The notes beneath the pieces were generated by a model. It did not search any database. It was given only the letters and a program-made list of their open reading frames with translations, and was not told the DNA's origin. The translations under genes were made by a program, and so were the position numbers. A DNA stretch of 43,247 nt from a virus (taxonomy: Duplodnaviria > Heunggongvirae > Uroviricota > Caudoviricetes), in IMG/VR virus record IMGVR_UViG_2540341091_000003, positions 1-43,247 of that record; one strand, given 5' to 3'. Shown here piece by piece: positions 37,965-43,247 of this stretch (position 1 is the first letter of the stretch; the number at the start of each line of letters is the position of its first letter).

Positions 37965-38433
37965 GCAGCCCTCACAATATAATTAAAGGCGATGTTACGG
38001 GAGCGGGTTTCAGATGCTGTGCGAACTGAGCGAGATGCGTCGAATGTCCAGTTATAAGCGCCATAACCATCAATAATTTCGGCTTCCTTTAGACCTGTAG
38101 ATAATACTTTCCCATGTTGACTAAATGGCCCTGAACTAAGTACGTCTCTAAAAAGCTGGGTACGCCCAAAAGAACCAACAATATTCTGAATTGCATCATT
38201 CTGTGCAGATAATAAGTTACGACCAGAGTCAATCCCGCGCCCATCATCCCAGCCACGAATAAATTCCCCGCGTAAATCTGGTAATTTTAATGTTGGGTAA
38301 GCCTTTGCCAGATTTGGGTACTTTTCAGAAGAAAATACTGCTCCGTTACATTTTAGCCACCCCGTTGGCGGAGTGGCTGAAGGCCACGGAACAGGCACAC
38401 CAACCGGTAATGCAGAGCCTTCTCCCAAACCAA
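37961..38433 (-). other. Silent inverted tail-fibre C-terminal cassette (identical to the expressed one)
   Basis: 155 codons identical to the C-terminus of the 36034..36795 fibre; no independent start; the upstream part of the track ORF crosses the crossover site. Confidence 0.7.
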
Positions 38434-38445
38434 CGTTTATGAAAA
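38420..38445. promoter_or_regulatory. Right crossover site of the invertible segment
   Basis: TTCTCCCAAACCAACGTTTATGAAAA, ~55 bp upstream of the invertase start. Confidence 0.65.
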
Positions 38446-38499
38446 TGCAGAAATAACGAGCAAATGGCATCATTCCTGCTTTTGTCAGGGGGATCTACC

Positions 38500-39054
38500 A
38501 TGCTTATTGGCTATGTACGCGTATCAACAAATGACCAGAACACAGATCTACAACGTAATGCGCTGAACTGTGCAGGATGCGAGCTGATTTTTGAAGACAA
38601 GGTAAGCGGTACAAAGTCCGAAAGGCCGGGACTGAAAAAACTGCTCAGGACATTATCGGCAGGTGACACTCTGGTTGTCTGGAAGCTGGATCGGCTGGGA
38701 CGTAGTATGCGGCATCTGGTCATTCTGGTTGAGGAGTTGCGCGAACGTGGCGTTAATTTTCGCAGCCTGACGGATGCTATTGATACCAGCACACCGATGG
38801 GGCGTTTTTTCTTTCATGTGATGGGTGCCCTGGCTGAAATGGAACGAGAACTGATTGTTGAACGAACAAAAGCTGGACTGGAAGCTGCTCGCGCACAGGG
38901 ACGAATTGGTGGACGTCGTCCCAAACTTACACCAGAACAATGGGCGCAGGCCGGGCGATTAATTGCATCAGGCGTTCCTCGCCAGAAGGTGGCTATTATC
39001 TATGATGTTGGTGTGTCAACTTTGTATAAGAGGTTTCCAGCCAGGGTTATATAA
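38500..39054 (+). CDS. Serine DNA invertase (Pin/Gin/Hin family)
   Basis: MLIGYVRVSTNDQNTDLQRNAL... with catalytic Ser in VRVST, plus a C-terminal HTH; adjacent to the invertible tail-fibre segment. Confidence 0.92.
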   Translation: MLIGYVRVSTNDQNTDLQRNALNCAGCELIFEDKVSGTKSERPGLKKLLRTLSAGDTLVVWKLDRLGRSMRHLVILVEELRERGVNFRSLTDAIDTSTPMGRFFFHVMGALAEMERELIVERTKAGLEAARAQGRIGGRRPKLTPEQWAQAGRLIASGVPRQKVAIIYDVGVSTLYKRFPARVI

Positions 39055-39396
39055 AACCGCAGACATGTCGTATGCAGGAGGTGTCGCGGTTGGCTGGTGA
39101 ACTTTTGATAGTGCGAGTATTGAATGATTTCCAGCCGTTACTGATTTTACGCATTTTTGTATGAGAGGGTTTGCACCTCCTTCCACCGATTCTCCATGAC
39201 TTTACGCCACTGTCTCTAGAACTGCTATGTGCCAACAGCAGACATTCATAGCACACAGTTTTGTTAACAACTAGAAATAAGTTTAGGAATAGTCGCGATA
39301 TATCTATTAAAGATACAATCATTCAAATAAATGAGACATTTTCGGCATGCTGGGAAAAGTAATTAAAAATGGTGAAAGCCAATTGTTTTTTATTAA

Positions 39397-39903
39397 TCAA
39401 CTTTTAAACCATAAGTCATCTCGATAGAGTAGACTAATTTTCGTTGCATCTTTTGATGCTAGAGTCGTACACTCTCCTTTATCAAACTCATCTAGACTCA
39501 CAAATGTAAATTCGTCACCATTTTTTTCTTTCGGAAACACCATAAAGACTACTTCGAAAGTACAATCACTATACACATTTTTTAAGAATTGCTGAAGTGC
39601 TCTATACTTTCCTATTTCACAATCAGTAAGTGTAAAGGAGGTACACCCATCTGTTGAGTGATACTTCGCATCTAAAAGAATATAAGAGGATTCGTCAGCG
39701 TCAATAATGAAATCGGGGCGTTTCCCCCCATATGATTTCAAGTTTGCAGATAAGGTATTTATTCCTTGCTCAACATGTTCAAATTTCCACTTGGATTTTT
39801 CCAGCCATCTACTAGCATATTTCTCACCATCTTGACCAGCCGTTATAGAGTATTGTTTTCTTAATGCGCTGCACATTTCGTCTAAATTTAACATAAATTC
39901 CAT
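39397..39903 (-). CDS. Small AT-rich protein with a PD-(D/E)xK-like nuclease motif (start 39903 or 39894)
   Basis: ...GGKRPDFIIDADESSYILLDAKYH... fits the D...(D/E)xK pattern of restriction-endonuclease-fold nucleases; AAGGA RBS; low GC. Confidence 0.55.
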   Translation of the reverse strand: MEFMLNLDEMCSALRKQYSITAGQDGEKYASRWLEKSKWKFEHVEQGINTLSANLKSYGGKRPDFIIDADESSYILLDAKYHSTDGCTSFTLTDCEIGKYRALQQFLKNVYSDCTFEVVFMVFPKEKNGDEFTFVSLDEFDKGECTTLASKDATKISLLYRDDLWFKS

Positions 39904-40149
39904 GTTCCTTTTTTTTAGTATAATTATTAACATCGGCAGTATTTAATAATTCTTTAAAAATAAATTTTCAGGCTCATACCAATTATATCTTCAAGCATTA
40001 TTATCAAGCATATTCGAGACCTCTGCAATTCGCTCACAGCGGATCTCGCCTAGCGAGCAGGTCTGCTCAGTGCCATAATTAGTCTCATCAGCAGACTATA
40101 GTTGTGCTCAATCGGAGACATGTGGCAAACATGAGGAACATTATGTCCG

Positions 40150-40386
40150 TCAAAGAGTTTTCGTAGCTTAGGCATTTCGATGCTGGCAACGGGTCAGTGT
40201 AACGCTTACTATATCGGTCCACTTTAGTCTTAAGGGTTCAATATGGCGTTGCACCTATTGTCCGCTGACCAAGAATCTTCGGGTGATTCAACTTCTGTTG
40301 GGTCATAAGAAACTGGAAAGCACATTCCGTTATCTGGGCATTGAAGTCGATGATGCGTTAGAGATCTCTGAATCGATTGAAGTCTA
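40150..40386 (+). pseudogene. Remnant of a tyrosine recombinase gene (C-terminal catalytic region only, with frame disruptions)
   Basis: The frame ending at TAA 40384-40386 reads ...LTKNLRVIQLLLGHKKLESTFRYLGIEVDDALEISESIEV, i.e. the LGH...RY region carrying the catalytic Tyr; the upstream reading frame is broken. Confidence 0.5.
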
Positions 40387-40493
40387 AGGTTGTCAGGGCT
40401 GCAACAGCAGCCCTGTGCCAGGAGCAGACGTTAACGACCAAGCATTGGCGGCAATTGAGCTCAGCGCAATTGCCGTTCAAGTGCAACTCCGTT

Positions 40494-43247
40494 CTATTTG
40501 ATTGCTGCATTGATTCGTTTATATCTTTGGGTAAAGGCCTCTTTGCCACCTTCCATCACTCGGCATATCTCATCGCGTATGGAAGGTTCTTGAAGACCCC
40601 CTTGCGCCACAATTCTGGTTTGACCAGACCGAATATCAAGGGCAATGACGTTTTCCGCGTCACCATTCACGACGATGTTAGCGTTGTGCGTGACTACTAA
40701 AACCTGCCGTTTTTGTTTGATCTCACGCAATTGCGTCACGATAAGATCATAGATTAAGTGGTTATCAAGATCATCCTCAGGCTGATCAAGTATAAGAGGC
40801 TCATTGCCATATGAAAGGATAAATGCAAGGAGAGCCGCCGTTTTTTGCCCCGGAGATCCTTGCTCTACGGGTTTGAAACTCTCGCCGTTCTTGAGGCTAT
40901 ATCTGATATCCAGAGAATCGCCTGGAAACCAGCACTGAATTCGATCTATCTGTTCCGGAGTTAGCCCCTGAATGAGGGATACAAAACGTCGATCTTTGCA
41001 GGATTCCACCGCCATAGTATCGTTTTCATGGATTGCAAGTAGCGATGATTTTATTTTCTCAATTTTATCATCCATAGTATTGGATTGGTCTTGCGTTAAA
41101 TAAGCCAGCAAGCCCTCATCCCCGTCAACAACTCCAATGTCGCGGTCAAATCCGCCACCACTGCGGCCGATCAGGTTACGGAATTCTTCCTCAACCGTAA
41201 TCTTGTTTCCAAACGGAATGACATTGATCTGTACATATGAATTGCCGACGAGAGTATCCTTGAGAAAGTCCTCACGAAGTTTGGTTATCAATGCTCGATG
41301 CTCATGGAGTTTGACCAAGTATTCTTCCGCGCTCTTCTGATGCTGCGCAAGAGTTTCTCTCTTTTTGTCGAATCCCTTGAGCTTATCTTCGAAATCTTGT
41401 CGCTGCTTAACCAGAACACCATATGCAGATGGATCACCTGCGTCTGCTGCGCTGAGTTGACCGAGGAGGGCGTTGTATTCATGGCTCGCCGCTGTAATTC
41501 TTTTCGATATTCCCAAGTCTGATCGAGTTTGATTCCATGAGTTCTTCACATCATCAATCCGCTGCGCGATCGAGTTCATCTCTGTCTGAAGCTTCTCAAA
41601 CGTCGCACGGATGTCCTTGATGGTATCGAAGAGTTCTTTGTCATCCGCATTCCCAATGTCGAAATATTGTAAATCCAATTCTGCTGGCAGTAGGCTTCCA
41701 GAAATATCTCGGACCTGTTCGGCGGAATCCTCCCAAGTCGTTACCCAGGAGTCCATAGCCTTACTCTGGTTCTGTCTGAGTTGGTAAGCCTTAAGGACAT
41801 CCGCGTGGCCCGCCTTTTCAAAAACATCGAGTTTGCGTTTGACGTCTTCAAGCTGACCTTTGGTTACCGATTCTTCCTGAAGCCCAGCCTGAACTTCACG
41901 CTCTTGGGCGCGAAGCGAGAGATATTTGGAAACCAGTTCATCCCACTTAAGCTGCCAATCACGATGATTGACCTCCGGGGCATCATCGACAACCTGCAAG
42001 AGTGCTTGGGGATGCTTTGCCAATTCGAATATCTGTTTCTGGCTGTAAATCCTGACAGGAAATCGTTGTGCTATGTCTCCCTCGGAATCACACCAGACTC
42101 CGGGAGCGGTCTCTTCCTCGATGCTGTATATGTCGTCGGTATTAGACCAGGTGATTCGGAAACGGCCACCGTCTTTTCGAAAGCCTACAGTTATTTTCGT
42201 GGAATCTTTTAACAGCCCTTCATCTTGGCGGTCTTTCGAAGTTTGACTGTATTTGGTAAATTCCTTTTCAAGGCTCTTGGGGATTTCTCCCTTTCGTTTA
42301 AGAGCAATCCGCAGGAATTCCAACGAAGTCGATTTCCCAGTGCCTCGTCCACCAATGATAGTGTTGAGCCAGGGGTTCAGTTGACAAGTTAAAGATTGCC
42401 CTCGTCCTAAGTACTTCGCATCATCAACCACGATACTTTCGATGGCAAGTTGTCCATGGATATTTGGGTCACCAGTGAAGTTGTCCGACCGCTTCAGTGA
42501 AAGAGCACCATCAACGAGCGCCAGCCGTAATCCGTCATAAGATGGCTCCGACATTTTTACCCAAGTGAAATGGCTACCCGGGTAGCGTTGATTTCCGGTA
42601 CCGGACGGATGATGGGAATCGGTTCCAAGAATCTCTGCCCAATTCAAATTCTTGCCAATATAGAGCTGCGGTTTTGCTTTAGCAAGGTCCGTTACCTCCA
42701 TAGCAAAAACACATTTGTTGTCAAGCACCTGCTCTAGTGTGTTGCCCGTACAGACCGTAAAAAGTCCGCTAGCCTGATCTACATGAGCAGGTATTGCAAG
42801 TCCTCCTGACCTAGCAATTTCGTCGATCACCTCAACTGCTGAGCATTCAGAGCAGCCGTCGCTCTTTCCTTTGGTGCCGCGATACCTGACCGCACCAAGC
42901 AGTGAGTCGATATCAGAGGTTGTCTTGTCTTCGCCGAAAATGGCCAGAATATGGATATTCCCCTGAACAGTAAGCTCAACACCTGGGAATAAGTAGAGTG
43001 GTCGATAATCTTCATGACTCTCAGATGCCAGTTCCTTGAGTGCCTGCTTGAGCGGATCAATCCAAGCGCCTGAATTATGGTCCGTGACAGCGACACAATC
43101 GATGCCTTGTCGCATGTAGTTGAGCAGCCAATCTTTATGAGTGATCTGCATATACTGGGCCTGATTAGGGCCTTTTCCATAATCGTCCGATGCCGGAGTG
43201 TGATTATGGAAGTCGAATTTCCACCACCGAGAACCAATCCAGTTCAT
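40494..43247 (-). CDS. PHP-domain phosphoesterase fused to an SMC/RecN-like ABC ATPase (917 aa); architecture resembles Ppl-type single-gene antiphage proteins
   Basis: N-terminal PHP motifs (WWKFDFHNHTPAS; VAVTDHN; GVELTV...IHILAIF; AIPAHVD; LGTDSHHP), Walker A GGRGTGKST (~aa 299-307), long coiled-coil-like insert, signature-like QGSPGQKTAALLAFIL, Walker B LILDQPEDDLD and VVTHN H-loop. The window ends exactly at its start codon. Confidence 0.8.
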   Translation of the reverse strand: MNWIGSRWWKFDFHNHTPASDDYGKGPNQAQYMQITHKDWLLNYMRQGIDCVAVTDHNSGAWIDPLKQALKELASESHEDYRPLYLFPGVELTVQGNIHILAIFGEDKTTSDIDSLLGAVRYRGTKGKSDGCSECSAVEVIDEIARSGGLAIPAHVDQASGLFTVCTGNTLEQVLDNKCVFAMEVTDLAKAKPQLYIGKNLNWAEILGTDSHHPSGTGNQRYPGSHFTWVKMSEPSYDGLRLALVDGALSLKRSDNFTGDPNIHGQLAIESIVVDDAKYLGRGQSLTCQLNPWLNTIIGGRGTGKSTSLEFLRIALKRKGEIPKSLEKEFTKYSQTSKDRQDEGLLKDSTKITVGFRKDGGRFRITWSNTDDIYSIEEETAPGVWCDSEGDIAQRFPVRIYSQKQIFELAKHPQALLQVVDDAPEVNHRDWQLKWDELVSKYLSLRAQEREVQAGLQEESVTKGQLEDVKRKLDVFEKAGHADVLKAYQLRQNQSKAMDSWVTTWEDSAEQVRDISGSLLPAELDLQYFDIGNADDKELFDTIKDIRATFEKLQTEMNSIAQRIDDVKNSWNQTRSDLGISKRITAASHEYNALLGQLSAADAGDPSAYGVLVKQRQDFEDKLKGFDKKRETLAQHQKSAEEYLVKLHEHRALITKLREDFLKDTLVGNSYVQINVIPFGNKITVEEEFRNLIGRSGGGFDRDIGVVDGDEGLLAYLTQDQSNTMDDKIEKIKSSLLAIHENDTMAVESCKDRRFVSLIQGLTPEQIDRIQCWFPGDSLDIRYSLKNGESFKPVEQGSPGQKTAALLAFILSYGNEPLILDQPEDDLDNHLIYDLIVTQLREIKQKRQVLVVTHNANIVVNGDAENVIALDIRSGQTRIVAQGGLQEPSIRDEICRVMEGGKEAFTQRYKRINAAIK

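Larger units (their letters stand above)
37477..38433 (-). repeat. Right arm of the 957-bp perfect inverted repeat
   Basis: See left arm; the 197-bp spacer 37280..37476 separates the arms. Confidence 0.85.
1445..39054. mobile_element. Prophage integrated at thrW (minimum extent; right boundary/attR not identified inside the window)
   Basis: Integrase immediately 3' of the tRNA and transcribed toward it; then a complete set of regulatory, replication, lysis, packaging, head, tail and tail-fibre inversion genes. No direct repeat of the tRNA 3' end was seen downstream of the invertase, so cargo at 39.1-43.2 kb may also be inside the element. Confidence 0.85.

Noticed and set aside
37961-38473. 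170-aa minus-strand ORF as an independent gene
   Set aside because: Its N-terminus (MMPFARYFCIFINVG) runs through the crossover site; the remainder is a promoterless duplicate fibre cassette.
39055-39400. attR copy of the thrW 3' end immediately after the invertase
   Set aside because: Searched by eye for GGCACCA or TCCTATTATC-like sequence and found none; the boundary stays unresolved rather than called.
40358-40700. ORFs 40358..40549 (-) and 40377..40700 (+)
   Set aside because: They overlap the recombinase remnant and the 3' end of the 917-aa gene; no independent support.
1-43247. CRISPR array or rRNA genes
   Set aside because: No short direct repeats with regular spacers and no rRNA-like conserved sequence anywhere in the window; the only arrays are the replication iterons (8911..9070).

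Overview
The window opens with chromosomal proA and tRNA-Thr (thrW) and is then filled by a tailed prophage integrated at thrW, at least ~38 kb long; its right end (attR) was not found inside the window. The prophage is a mosaic: integrase/excisionase, an early-left block that resembles the E. coli CPS-53 yfdP-yfdQ-yfdR-yfdS-yfdT genes by size, order and remembered domains, a cI/Cro switch with CTAAG-N4-CTTAG operators, an O-like replication initiator with in-gene iterons, two orphan DNA methyltransferases, RusA, a KilA-N protein, a Q-like antiterminator, a lysis cassette (holin, lambda-R-like endolysin, Rz/Rz1), HNH plus terminase, an HK97-type head, a Mu-type contractile tail and baseplate, and a tail fibre with a Pin/Gin-type invertible segment. 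Three cargo loci stand out. (1) An AT-rich two-gene module on the opposite strand between Q and the lysis genes (313-aa soluble protein plus a 4-TM membrane protein) that I cannot place in any family; this is my best candidate for an undescribed system. (2) A right-end locus downstream of the invertase: a small PD-(D/E)xK-like protein, a tyrosine-recombinase remnant, and a 917-aa PHP-domain/SMC-like ABC ATPase fusion resembling the single-gene Ppl-type defence architecture. (3) Next to the immunity region, a GC-rich inverted-repeat-dense noncoding interval beside an AT-rich orphan ORF. No rRNA and no CRISPR array were seen. All family assignments rest on motifs read by eye and on memory, not on database searches.
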